Assembly (NCBI GenBank): GCA_012026655.1
Contig: JAAILG010002138.1
Span: 1-57,468 of the forward strand
Direction: 5' to 3'
Source: Hydrolagus affinis
Taxonomy: Eukaryota
Length of the DNA stretch: 57,468 nucleotides
The notes beneath the pieces were generated by a model. The model saw nothing but the letters and a program-made list of their open reading frames with translations, was not told the origin of the DNA and ran no database searches. A program made the translations under genes and the position numbers. This document shows positions 23,821 to 35,572 of this stretch, piece by piece (position 1 is the stretch's first letter; each line of letters begins with the position of its first letter).

Positions 23821-24641
23821 ATATTGTAGTTATCATTCTTAACCTCAAAGCATCAATAGTGACCATATATAACCATACAATGCCAATAGATACCAATAAT
23901 AACTACAGTAGAAGCCCGATTATCCGTGACTCGATGAACCAGCACTTCCGTATAACCGGCACGCCAAAAAAAAGTCCCCGTTTGATAAACCGGAACTTAT
24001 CCGGAACAATAGCGGTGGAGCATTTGTGAATGTATAAATAATAACATAATAACAGAATATTGTATTGGTACTTATTGTTAAAACTACTCTCTTGTGCTTC
24101 TCACCTTTGCTAGTAGATGCTGCTCTTGAAGCCATGATGCTGCAGTTGAGGTTTATAGTCCAGCGATTCTTTTTAAAATGGAGCATACCAAGTGGGTGAA
24201 AAAAATGGAGCGCGACTTTAAAGCCATACTAGCGGCAAGCCGATAACACTAGCCAATAACCCACTTTGTCGCGCAGGTGCAGTATTTCGATTTGCCGCTA
24301 GTAGAGTCTAGGGCTATTGGCTTGCCGCTAGTAAAGTCACGCAACTTTAAAATCGCGCTGCCGAGAGTATTTTAACAATACCAAAGTACCAATACAATAT
24401 TCTGTTATTATCTGTTATTACTTAGTCCGGTGTGTATGGTGTGTGTAAAAAGAACTTACATTTTTTTGTGGTGAATTTTCGGCTGCGGGCCACCCGAACA
24501 TCAGGCAGGCGCTTTAACCAGCATTGGCCAGGTCCCGCGGGTGCCAGATAAACGGGCTTTTGCTGTATATTGTAGCTATCATTCCTAACCTCAAAACATC
24601 AATAGTTACCATATATAACCACACTATACTAATAGCTACCA
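23821..24641. repeat. Two ~75-bp imperfect direct repeats flanking the MITE (23821-23895 and 24567-24641)
   Basis: atattgtagttatcattcttaacctcaaagcatcaatagtgaccatatataacca vs atattgtagctatcattcctaacctcaaaacatcaatagttaccatatataacca. Confidence 0.9.
23906..24565. mobile_element. Tc1/mariner/pogo-type non-autonomous DNA transposon (660 bp) with nested internal inverted repeats
   Basis: TA|cagtagaagcccgattatccg ... cagataaacgggcttttgctg|TA; related shorter copy at 51131-51348. Confidence 0.9.
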
Positions 24642-26859
24642 TTCCCAATATAAGTTAATATATTACATAAGTCCATAACCTACAGTGCATCTCTTGTGCC
24701 CAGCTTCTGGACAATTTTAAAGTAAATCTAACCTCTAGCCAATTTTGCCCATGTTCAATCTGTCAATGCAGTTGACTGCAATTACTTATACTGTACTGTG
24801 CTTTGAGAACTTTCAAAATTGAAAGCATTAAACCGATGTAAGGATAATGATGAGGATGATGATTATTATCATATTGCAAATACTGTTTTCATTTCTTTCC
24901 TTCAATGTGAACAGGTTGGGATGCCAGCAACAGCTTGAATCTATTTCATATCCAATTCATTTTACACAGTTCTCTAACAGGGTGCATTTTAGTAGGTTGT
25001 TGTGACAGGAGATGTCCAATATGGTCTGAAAATGTAGCCATACTGGTCTAATTGTAGGGAGATTACTTGTTTTATACAGCAGATTCTCAGCAAGGTGACC
25101 CCACTAATGATTTTCAGAGAGGTTTGTTCAGATTATGCAGAGCATTTGGAGATATCAACTGCTAATCACTGTCCTTTTTTTTTGCTATACGATTAGAATT
25201 AAAATCTAAAGCTTCATTCGAATAAGGACCTTGCTTATGTACACAGGAAACCATCTTAATACAAGTGAAATTTTGTCCCTATTACTGTATACAGAATGCA
25301 CTATATTTATTGATTGTCACCCCATTGTCTTTCAATGAAGTTGTTTGTCCATGCTACAACTGTTTCTAACACTGCAATGTTCATATTAACTGAGGTGAAT
25401 TGTATGTGCTGCACCCTTAGAATCTGCTTGATGTCACTCTGAAACTGCAACCATTCAGTAACAATCTGACCTGAAACGACTGTGACTTGCAATAGTACAG
25501 TACTATAGTAATACACAATTATGAATGTTGTGTTCATCAAGGTGACAGACAATAGAATATTATCATGTTTTGTCCCTAGTGTCCACATCAAAAATTCACA
25601 GGTCACTCGCAGTTTGGTTGGATTCAAGTTCTCTCAACCTAAGAAATGCATCCTTTACTACAGTACTGTGATATTTTTATTTACAAACTCTGAGCGAGGT
25701 ATTCCAACTTAATGCCACATTATTACAAGTTTCTCTATGGCACTAATCTACGTTTTAGGCTCTCTGAATATGTCACTTGGGATCTCCAACAATAGTTTGG
25801 AGGAGACCGTCACTCTCACTGAGCTGGATTTTAATCCAGATCCCAGAGGACAATCCTTTTTGGCAGTGAATCATCTACAAAACGGGGCTTTGTAAAAAAA
25901 AAGTTTCTAGATTATAACCGTAATAAGCTTCCAGCAACTAAAAATACAATAATATTGGATATTGACTTATATCTCACAGAAGAATTGTATCATTAAAATG
26001 GCTGCTGATTATAATGGTTTGATCTTTTACTTCTAGTTTATATTTTAGAACAACCAAACGATTAAGATGGTTACCATAGCCGGTTTAATGTTACCTTGTT
26101 GCTTGCAACTTGATTTTGTTGTCATTGTATGTGCTTAATGTTTTCTGACACTTAATTTATACTATGTGTTACAACTTTAAGTGAATCGTTGTGAAACAGC
26201 ACTGTTAGTCAGACATAGAAAATCGGAATCCATATTAGAAAACTGTAGTGTAAAGGAGGCCCATGCAGGCATGCAGGTCACAAAGACTCAATGTGCCTCA
26301 CCTGGTCTCATGCTTTCCTGTGATCTTGTCATTCCCACTGCCAGCTGGCTGAGGCTATTAAAACCAATCCATAGATGTAAGCTTATATGCCCCAAAATGG
26401 AATTTTTTTCTTGGGAGAAATGTCTGGGTGGAATCATTAAGCCTGACAATGTGATTAACAGAGGTAACAAATGGCTAGAATTACATGAGCGCTGAAGCGG
26501 TTTGGGTTAATGATATATTAACACAGCTCCCACACGCTGTCAAGCTCAGTGACTCTACGAAGCCAACTGCTCCCATCATGCCATTATCCCTCACTGTTTA
26601 AACATGAATAGTTCAATTTAAATAAAATTATCAGAAAGGAACAAACAAAGCAATTAACTATTGCTCTTTCTAACTTTTCGACTTGTAGTCTGGAGTGCTG
26701 ATGTACTCATTCTTTAACTTAATGTCGGAACAATACCAATTATAATCAGCACTATGAAAGGATTTAAAGTTGTGGATTAACATTTCCTTTCAACATAGAA
26801 ATCAGCATTCAGTTATTTAAACAGATTTATTTGCATCTCCAAAAGACAACTTTGGTTCA

Positions 26860-26990
26860 ATAATAATCCTTACATTTGATATAACATTGCATCACATCAT
26901 CCAGACTTCTCAAAGAGCTTCACAAATGTTTACTGTGGGGTGTAATAAGTGTTTATCTGTAAGCAAATGTAGCAGCAATGTACACACAGA
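26860..26990 (-). mobile_element. Diverged SINE 3' fragment
   Basis: aataataatccttacatttgatataac...ctcaaagagcttcaca. Confidence 0.7.
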
Positions 26991-27859
26991 TACTATATAA
27001 ATGTAAATTCCATCGTATAAACTAGCCAATATTTAACCTTGTGGCTTATAAAGATTCATCACATATCACCACCTCATAACAAACACACTGCAACGTTTGT
27101 GCTATGTATTTGGAATATTACCACTTGTTTTATAAAATAATTTATTGTCAGGGGAAAGAAACACATTTACAAAACTAAATTTTGCATTTGACTTACAATC
27201 TATAATTGTGAACCATTTCCCAGGGTTCACGAGTCAAGTGAGAGTTTCCTGCCTAATGGTCCGATGCACAAAGCCAAATCCTGCTTTTTCTGTCTCTCTT
27301 AAGGCTTCCGCCTGGAAATATATTATACCAAACACCAGAAGAAGGATTGCTAAGGGAATGTTAGATTGGCTTTTTGACCTCTTGACTTCTTTTCAAGCTG
27401 AATATAATTTAGCGCAGTTGAAAAGTGCCTTTCATCTACAGCATGAAATAAACATAAGTGCAATAAGGAATAGCTATTCGAGTTACATTGAGTAAATACC
27501 AAGAGGGGAATTAATATAGTGCCTGATATTCATGTACAACTGAGCATCACATTGATAGATGCTAAGCAGATGCTTTCTTGCACAGAATCATTATGTGAAA
27601 TTGTCATTCATTTACCAATGTGGAGAGTCAATCCATGCCATCATATCAATTGTCGTGCTCATGCATAATTATGCTTCTTGGTTTGGGATTAAATTAATTA
27701 TCTTCAAAAGACAACTATTGAAATTAATCTTCGGAACGGATTTTTTCCATAGGTCAGGACTATAAATAGATTACAAATAGCATTCAGTGAACTGGCTGCA
27801 AAACCTATTGCCCAAGAGAGCGATTAAAACATCGTGAAAAGTTCATCTAAGTTGGAATA

Positions 27860-27995
27860 TCACTACCACTGTCCAGAATGCCCCTGGTTTTAGGAAAGGA
27901 ATAATAAATTATCCAGTGTTCCAGCTCCTGTTCGCTAACTAGTAACTCCTGCTGGAAAGTGCATGTGAGTGCACATCAGATGCAAAATTAAGGTC
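27860..27995 (+). mobile_element. Ancient SINE fragment (AmnSINE2-like, from memory)
   Basis: gttccagctcctgttcgctaactagtaactcctgctggaaagtgcatgtgagtgcacatc; related to 43775-43990. Confidence 0.5.
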
Positions 27996-28014
27996 CAGTG
28001 TTTTACTGAGAATC

Positions 28015-28350
28015 GCCTTCAAAGCTCCTTTCTATCTCTGTGACCTACTAATTCCATAACAGCCTGTCCACTCCCTACAGCAGGCTCCAGTTTGGCCTAC
28101 ATCCCTCACCCTAGCCTGCCTCACCTTTGACGGTCAGGCGTTTAGCCTCTCTGCTCTCAATCTTTGCAACTCCATCTCACCATAACTTTGCCTTACTCCC
28201 TCCCTTGCCTCCTTCCAGGCAAGTCTGAATACCATCCTCATCAACCACGCCTTCAGTTACCCTCCTACCATCCCTGCCCTCCACCTTTGTGGAGTACCTT
28301 GGTTTGTGCTCCTGATGTGAAAAGCAAATGTAATTTGTTGTTATTATTGT
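28015..28350 (+). mobile_element. L2 LINE 3' fragment
   Basis: ttcaaagctc...tatctctgtgaccta...ggtcaggcgtttagc...gtgaaaagcaaatgtaatttgttgtt. Confidence 0.8.
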
Positions 28351-29679
28351 TGAGTATAGATATTTGGGAAGGAAGAGCCTAAGGAACGGGACCCCCAACA
28401 AGAGTCCAAACCTTCAGTAGGGGAGGTGGGAATCTTGGCCAAAAAGCATGAAAAAAAACTGTATAGAACAGTGTTCAAAGCACCCCCATCGAGGCAGTCT
28501 TCAAAATCTTCTACCATTTTAAGATTTATTTCTGATATCAGCACAAGTGTTTTAACAAAATGCAACAGGCCTGCTTAAGTAATAATATTCAGAACAATGC
28601 ATTTGCTGTGTTGAGCACCAATGTACTCTAATGTCTGATTACATAGTGGCAATCCTCCTGACATGAAACTCGCTGTACAAGTATAATTTTGTTGTTGTTG
28701 TATACTTCCGGCAATAATTATAGGCCTGTCGATAATCCAAACATCCAATCCCCATAACTGTTGATTTTATGATTTTATAATCTTAGCAAAAGAACATTGA
28801 CATTTCAACCTTCTCAGCATTATTACTGATCCTGTAGCCATATCTGCATGTAATTGAGAATCACTAACTCAGCAATAAAGACATACAGTTAAATTGATTG
28901 CAGTTTCTATGTCTCAGTGTTCATATTTCAACAACAGCATTCAGATGACAATCGTGCTGTGAAAACAATTTCACATTAGACAATATTACGCTTTGTTTAA
29001 AAGTCTTGCCACATTGGCCTTGCATATAATCCCTTAACCTCAGGATGTAACAGCTGTTTCTTTATTTCTTTGATGGCATAAATGAACTGCTCAAAGTTAT
29101 TAAATTTATTTTGGTTCCAGAGGTTGAGGACACAAAGACTCGGACATCAATTGTGTCATGGAGCGGTAGGGCAGGGGACAGATTAGAATTAACATGGTTA
29201 AAATTGCTCTTCAAATATGTAATGATCTTTAACTTCTAATATCTTAAAGGAAAAAGATTTAAATGAGGAACAGGTTGAATTTGGTTCATTTTCCTTAATA
29301 ATCCCAGGTTTGAACCTTGGCAGCTCTGAAGGCACACTAATGGGCAGCATAGAGGGAGATCGACCATGCTACCATGACTTAACTACATCTGACTCTAGTA
29401 TTGCTTGATGCCGGATCATCCTCAATCTCAAATGGCTGTTCTTATTCCTCTAGCCAGTCCTAGTTCAAACATGTTATCTCACGCTTGATTTTCCAGTGTA
29501 ACTGCCAACTCTTATTGCTGTGGCCATTTCAAATTCCCAAACTTAGCCTCTTTGCAGTGTGAATAAGACTCGTTCAAACAGTCGCTGTTTCTGATTTCGA
29601 AGTAACAATTCTCAGACCTGCCTATGTGTTCAAATCAGAAGGAGAGTAAAATGGCTCTGATCTCTGGGTGTAATGCTTC

Positions 29680-29775
29680 TCAAGAGAATTTCACTATACA
29701 TCAAAACAGGTTATTCTAACCTTCTATAGGTTAGTAGCAAAGCCATATTTGGAATGCTGTGTGCAGTTTAGGGGA
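29680..29775 (+). mobile_element. Old CR1 ORF2 fragment
   Basis: YTSKQVILTFYRLVAKPYLECCVQF resembles CR1 YKS.EV.L.LY..LVRPHLEYCVQF. Confidence 0.75.
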
Positions 29776-29783
29776 TCTTGGGA

Positions 29784-30001
29784 GGTGAAATTCTATCTAG
29801 TTCTAGATCTACTCTAGTTCAGCATTTCAGATCATCTGAAATTTGACAAATGTCTGAATTTAGTTGTAATTTTGAAGCAGTTTGCAGTGAGTTAAAATAA
29901 TTTATAGAAATCTAGCTTCAAAATTAACGATGTATTTAAGAATTCACCAACTCTGAAACCATTAAAAAAAAGATAAATCTAGATGCAGGTGGAATTTCAC
30001 C
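29784..30001. mobile_element. Palindromic MITE-like relic
   Basis: Outer IR ggtgaaattctatctagttctagat / atctagatgcaggtggaatttcacc; inner IR taattttgaagc / gcttcaaaatta. Confidence 0.65.
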
Positions 30002-30526
30002 ATTTTCTCTACCTACCCCCTATCTTCTGATCCTGTGTTGATTAATTGCTTCAAAAAAAATTTGATCAGTATCTGGTTAAAATCTGATAAGGGATTAGAA
30101 TGAGAATGTAATGAACAAATATCCCAAGGGACACAGTGATTACTTTGTGGCTGGGGGTGAGAGAGGAACAAAATGCTGTTTATGGAAGGATACAAGCCAG
30201 TGAAGATCTGTAGATGGATAAAATATTGGTGTGTATTTGCTGAAGTAAGTATGGTGTAAGGTTCACCAGATAGAGTCTTTGCTCAATACAGATGGTGTGG
30301 ATTACAAATGTTTTAATATCATACTTATCGCCTTACCCTCTTTCCCCCCTTTCTCCCCTAACCCCACTTCCATGATTGTTTGTGGGACATTGTGGCAATT
30401 TGGCTGACAAAATCAAGCCAATATATCTTTATCTTTGCAGAGCTAATTGGCATACGTATTCCTCCACGTTAGGCATTGAGAACAAATAGCCTTGTCTATG
30501 CCCTAAGAAGTAAGGAATGCTGTACC

Positions 30527-30640
30527 ACAACAACAACAACTTGGATTTATATAGCATGCCGGACGGCGTTTCAGAGTGCTTCACAGTAATGGATCCCGGG
30601 GCCAAGCCAGGGGGAGGGGGAGAAGGTGACCGAAAATAGA
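30527..30640 (-). mobile_element. L2 LINE 3' end (subfamily like 34925-35450)
   Basis: (caa)n cttggatttatatagc...gtgcttcacagtaatggatcccgg...agaaggtgaccgaaa. Confidence 0.7.
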
Positions 30641-31274
30641 TTCGAAAACAGAAAATACTAAACAGATTATAAGTGTTTGGTTACATTTTAAAAGTATACT
30701 AATTGAAACTCTTAAAATAAACTGGAAGCATCACAAATATAATCTTACAATGGGCATTAGGGAGCATCCTCACAGAACGTTCCCTCAGGATGTGAACTGG
30801 TGGGCCAAATGCATGATAAGGGTAAACTTTGTATAGTATTGGAAAGTGAGGGTTTGATGTGCTTTTCTTGCATGTTCTTCCTTATCCTTCTCTGTATACA
30901 GAGAACCACATATCTGAGTTTCATTCAGATTCACTACTCTGATCCAAGACTGACAAACATATTTTGAATTTTTCATTCCTAACCTTGCATTAGAGTCTGA
31001 TAGAATCACATCATTTTGATGTAGTAATCACAATGTAAATAAATATTAACTTGATAAAGAAATGAGAGATTCCTATCCCTTCGGTACCAATGAAAACGTG
31101 CATTGAAAGTCAGATGAAAGATTTGGTAGGCTAAAGTAATCTACTATCTTCATTTTCCTAAATGAAATGATAGGAAAAGCGGCATCAAGATATTTTTCTG
31201 TTGGGCTTCATTCTATGTAATAGGACTTCTCGTAAATCCTTTCGTTTCCCATTCGATTATAATTGCCTGAGTGC

Positions 31275-31630
31275 TGATACAGCACCATTTTTTATCTCTG
31301 AGTCAGAAGCTTGTGAGATCAAGTCCCACATTGGGGCTTTCAACTCATATAGTTGAGTTGAAGGCTGACACTTCAATTCAGTGCTGGGGTTATAATGCTC
31401 TATTGGAAGTGCCATCTTTCCAATCAGGCGTAACATTGAGATTTTGTCTGCATGATCGGATGGGCTTTAAAGAGAACAGAATTTTTCCCACTGTAATGGC
31501 CAACAGTCCTTCAAATAAAATTAATAATTTACTTCAAGACTGTTTGAAATACACTGCTGGAGCAAATTGGTTGCCATGCACTTTACAATAAAACTTGTGA
31601 AATACTTGATCAAATGCAATATTATTATTA
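31275..31630 (+). mobile_element. Old DeuSINE-type SINE
   Basis: ctctgagtcagaagcttgtgagatcaagtcccac...ggctgacacttca...gtgccatcttt...tcaaatgcaatattattatta. Confidence 0.75.
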
Positions 31631-31859
31631 CAAAATGGACAACATCATCTAGATTAGAGAAGTTTAGTTTAGAATATGTCATCATTAATTTCTGACAGTG
31701 TTGAACTAATATTTTATAAATCTTAATGAATTTAGCAATGTTTAGCTCCAAATGTTCAATAAGACAGTAAATTAAATAATGAATTTGTTAAATATGCAGT
31801 TACTAGCAGTTTCAATGCATTAGGCGTTGAGGGAGAGTTCAGAGTCATACAAAAAGATG

Positions 31860-32110
31860 AACAGCAACAATAAATTACATTCGTAGAGTGCCTTTCATGT
31901 CGGAAAGACGTCCCAAGACACTGAACAGTCAGAGGTCAGGACCCGAGCATGGGGTGGGGGCGGGGTGTGGGTGAGGGCAAGGTTGGGTTCAGGGAAGGCA
32001 GAGAGGTTGGACACCGACTGAAGGCATAGTCAAAGAGGAGAGTCATGAGACCAGTCTTGAAGGAGGCAAGGGAGGAAGCAAGGCGAAGGGATTGTGGGAT
32101 GTGAACCAGA
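31860..32110 (-). mobile_element. L2 LINE 3' fragment
   Basis: caacaataaattacattcgtagagtgcctttcatgtcggaaagacgtcccaagacactgaacagtcag is the reverse of the L2 tail. Confidence 0.85.
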
Positions 32111-33404
32111 TGAAAAGCAATTCAAATGTCATGGAATGGATATTTGATGAAGTGGGTGAGCACAACACACAGGTTTTGTTTATTGTCCACAAACTATGAA
32201 GGGGTTTTGGAAGCAAGTTAACTCCTTCACATCTTAAACAACACATCAATAGGAATAACACTGTTTCTGCTTTCAAACATGTGACCTAAAAGATGTATTT
32301 CAATAATTTCCTCTCTACTGCACATGAATCCAAAGGCTTCCAGGAGTTTTTTTATAATCAATTATTGATGTCCAAAGGCTATGCTTAGTCAGCTGTTTTG
32401 ATTCTGAAACCTATCTTGCAGAAAGAGGGAGAGATGATATCTATGCATCTTTGTATATCCTCCCTTGCTCTCTCCCCCTCCATTCTATCCTCACTCCTTA
32501 AAATCAGGTTTACTAGCATTGTGTTCCATCCTTCAGTGCATTCTCACTTAAGACGTCTTCATCAGGGTCAGCGACATTAGCTGTGTTAGCTGCAAATTTC
32601 TCTCATAAATTAAAGATATCTACTTGTATTGTACTTATGCGATTGCTGAAAATTAAAAGGGTACACAAGGCTAGCTGGACAGAATAATTTGAACGTAAAT
32701 TAATAGTACAATGCTATAATACTGATCAGGATTCTAACCAGTCACAGATGTGATTATCATCACTCATGAATTTATACTACAGTGGAAAAGGCAATCAATT
32801 CAGTTCCTTGCATGGTTTATTACCAAATTTAGCATGAAACTGGTCACCATCGATGAGCTCTTTTAACTACAAGTGCACATCTCATAGCACATTACAAACC
32901 ATACACTTACTCTATTCAGCTTCCTACAAGGCTTATTCTAACAATGATGGTTTAAAAATGCATTTTGTATTAAAATGTATTAGTTCGCAGTAAGCAACAA
33001 CTCAGATTTTAAAGCATTCACTCTAAAAGGATAATACACAACCATATTAGTTGTGAATGTGAGGAGCTTCAATAAATGTCATCGGACATTAGGTTGGGCA
33101 CAATGGAGAACGTGAGCTGCCTTCTGCCTTATCCTGTGAAAGCAGTGCTGCCACTAGTCTTGCCACATAACAGTGTGGTTTCTGCATTCACAGGGGCACA
33201 TTCTCCTGAGTCCATTGATATAACGAGCTATAAAAGCAGAAAATGGAGAATACAATATTCGTCTACGATAGGAGAGACAGCTGGTATGAAATGTCATTTC
33301 AATTTATCCTTCTCTCTTTTAAGAAGCTGTATGCCTTAATTGGCACTATGCTGATAGAATTGGTGAAACTATCATTCGCAATGTTCTGCTAATTTATCAT
33401 AATC

Positions 33405-33650
33405 CATCCTGTCAGACGAGACGTTAAACCATGGTCCCATCTGCCGGTTCAGGTGGACATTAGAAATCCAATAGCACTATTCGAGAAAGAGAAGGTAGTC
33501 TTTCCCAGTGTCCTGTATGTCATCCACTTCATGGTTGTGTGAGGTACGTTGCTGTGCACAAGTGAACTGCCGTTCATGTACAAATTACACATTCGTTACA
33601 TTCAGTGCATTTCACAGTAAACCCTATGAAGTGCTTTGAGACATCAGAAA
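33405..33650 (+). mobile_element. DeuSINE-type fragment
   Basis: gacgagacgttaaaccatggtcccatctgccggttcaggtggacattagaaatccaatagcactattcg. Confidence 0.8.
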
Positions 33651-34539
33651 AATTAAGTTCATTCCATTGGAAAGGAGTAGCGAAATTCACCTTTGCTTAA
33701 AAAAATACCGCAGCTCTGTAGAATAATAACCACAATACAGCTTACCTACATAAAACAGCATGACACCAACTTAGCTAGGAGGCCATTGTGCGATATCTAC
33801 AATCATGCTACATATGGGGCGTTACCTCAAAACTGTACTTGTAATGGTTATTTTTCAGCTGGCTTTACGTACCTGTGGTTTTCAATTTCAGCGTGTACAG
33901 CTCCACTATAACTCCCTAGCTGCAGTCTACAGAAATGTCAGGAAATAATCAAATCAAAATTGTTGGAGGGGAATCATCACTTCACCTGCAAAATAAACAT
34001 GTCATATCATGCCTGTATGTATGGTTCTGTTTTCACTATAAGCTGCGTCAGTAGCTTACACTACTCAAGTGGTGGCACAGAGCACTGAATACATTTTTCT
34101 TATTCAGTGGTAAATCATTTACATTTGTTCAGGTATATGGACAGAGACTAATTTCCTGCTCCATTCTGTTCCCACAACTGTTTCATCTCATTCTTCAAAA
34201 GTAGCAGATTTGAGACATTTTGTCGCAGCACTTGTCTACATTCATGTCTCCTATTGCACAATATGCAAATTTACTTCAAAATTAGTGTTGTGAGGAAATA
34301 AAGCGAGGATGTCATTGCTTCCATCAATTCGTAAGGAGGCTGCAGGCCTCCATTCATTTCATTTCTCTATACGCTAACGTAGCCCAAATACTGGTCATGA
34401 CGATGTCATTTATTGCCCTGACAAACCAGCAAAATGTAAAAAACCATACATGCCACCATTTAGAATTTCCAACTTATGCTAACGTTTTCAATATGCCTGG
34501 CAATGTCTCCATGGGAAGTGGAACCCACCCCACGAAAGT

Positions 34540-34620
34540 AACAATAATAATTCTTGCTTTGGATATAGCACCTTATCACATCTTTTGAGACGTCTCAAAG
34601 CACTTCACAGAATGGTACTT
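34540..34620 (-). mobile_element. Young SINE 3' end
   Basis: aataataattcttgctttggatatagcaccttatcacatcttttgagacgtctcaaagcacttcacagaat. Confidence 0.8.
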
Positions 34621-34679
34621 TATTTAAATGTCCTACCTATTGATGATGGCCCAAGAATAATTTAATAGTATATGAATGC

Positions 34680-35572
34680 AATAATGTCTCAAAGCACTTT
34701 ACACGATTTATTGTAACTTATAGTGATTGTATGTTGAAGGTGATCATGGCAGCCAGGGAAGTCAGCAGTGACCCACAGTCAGCTGTGAAGTGAATGACCA
34801 CTTTAATCTGGAGAGCTATTGACCAGGATCCTGGGAAAAAAACATTTCAGATCTTTAAGGTCCACCTAAACAGGCAGACGTGAACTTGATTTTAATGTCT
34901 CTTCCAAAGGATGGCACTTCAAATGCCCTCCTCGCCGGTCTCCCTTCCACCACAATCCATAAAATCCAACTCATCCAAAACTCTGCCACCCACATACTCA
35001 CCTGCACCAAACTTCGCTCCCCCATTACCCCAGTCCTTGCCAGATTTCACTAGCTCCCTATCCCTGAGAGGATCGACTTCAAGATCCTCACCCTTGTTTT
35101 CAAATCCCTCCACTCCTCTGCACCCCACTATCTCTCTGACCTCCTCTCTCCTCAAACCAGCTCCCGTTGCCTGAACCAGGTCTGGCCTCCTCCATGTCCC
35201 CCGAATCCTCCGCTCCACCCTCGGTGGCCGGGCCTTCAGCCACCATGCCCCGAGGAATTCCCTCCCTCACTACCTTCGTCTTGCCCCCTCTTTTCTCAGT
35301 TTCAGGTCCCAGCTGAAGACCTTTCTCTTCAACCGCGCCTTTGGTCACCTTTCTACCCCTGCCCCTGGTTCGGTCCCGGGATCTGCTATTGTGAAGCGTT
35401 CTGAGACACCGTCTGGCGTGGAGGGCGCTATATAAATCGAAGTTGTTGTTCATTGCAATGCAGCACACTCCCATAGCACTGCATTAGAGCATTAATTTGA
35501 ATTAAAAATCCCAAAGTGTGGCTCGAACCACAACGTTTTAACTCAGAGGCAAAACTGATTGATAACTCAGCC
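34680..35572 (-). mobile_element. Old DeuSINE-type SINE split by an L2 insertion (34680-34920 and ~35455-35572)
   Basis: ...aaaggatggcacttc| L2 |...gcaatgcagcacactcccatagcactgcatt... is collinear with the uninterrupted copy near 42870-42930; head gcctctgagtt...gttcgagcc on minus. Confidence 0.75.
34925..35450 (+). mobile_element. L2 LINE 3' fragment (longest ORF2 remnant, distinct 3'UTR)
   Basis: HKIQLIQNSATHILT...PITPVLARFH*LPIPERIDFKILTLVFKSLHSSAPHYLSDLL; tail gggcgctatataaatcgaagttgttgtt. Confidence 0.92.
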
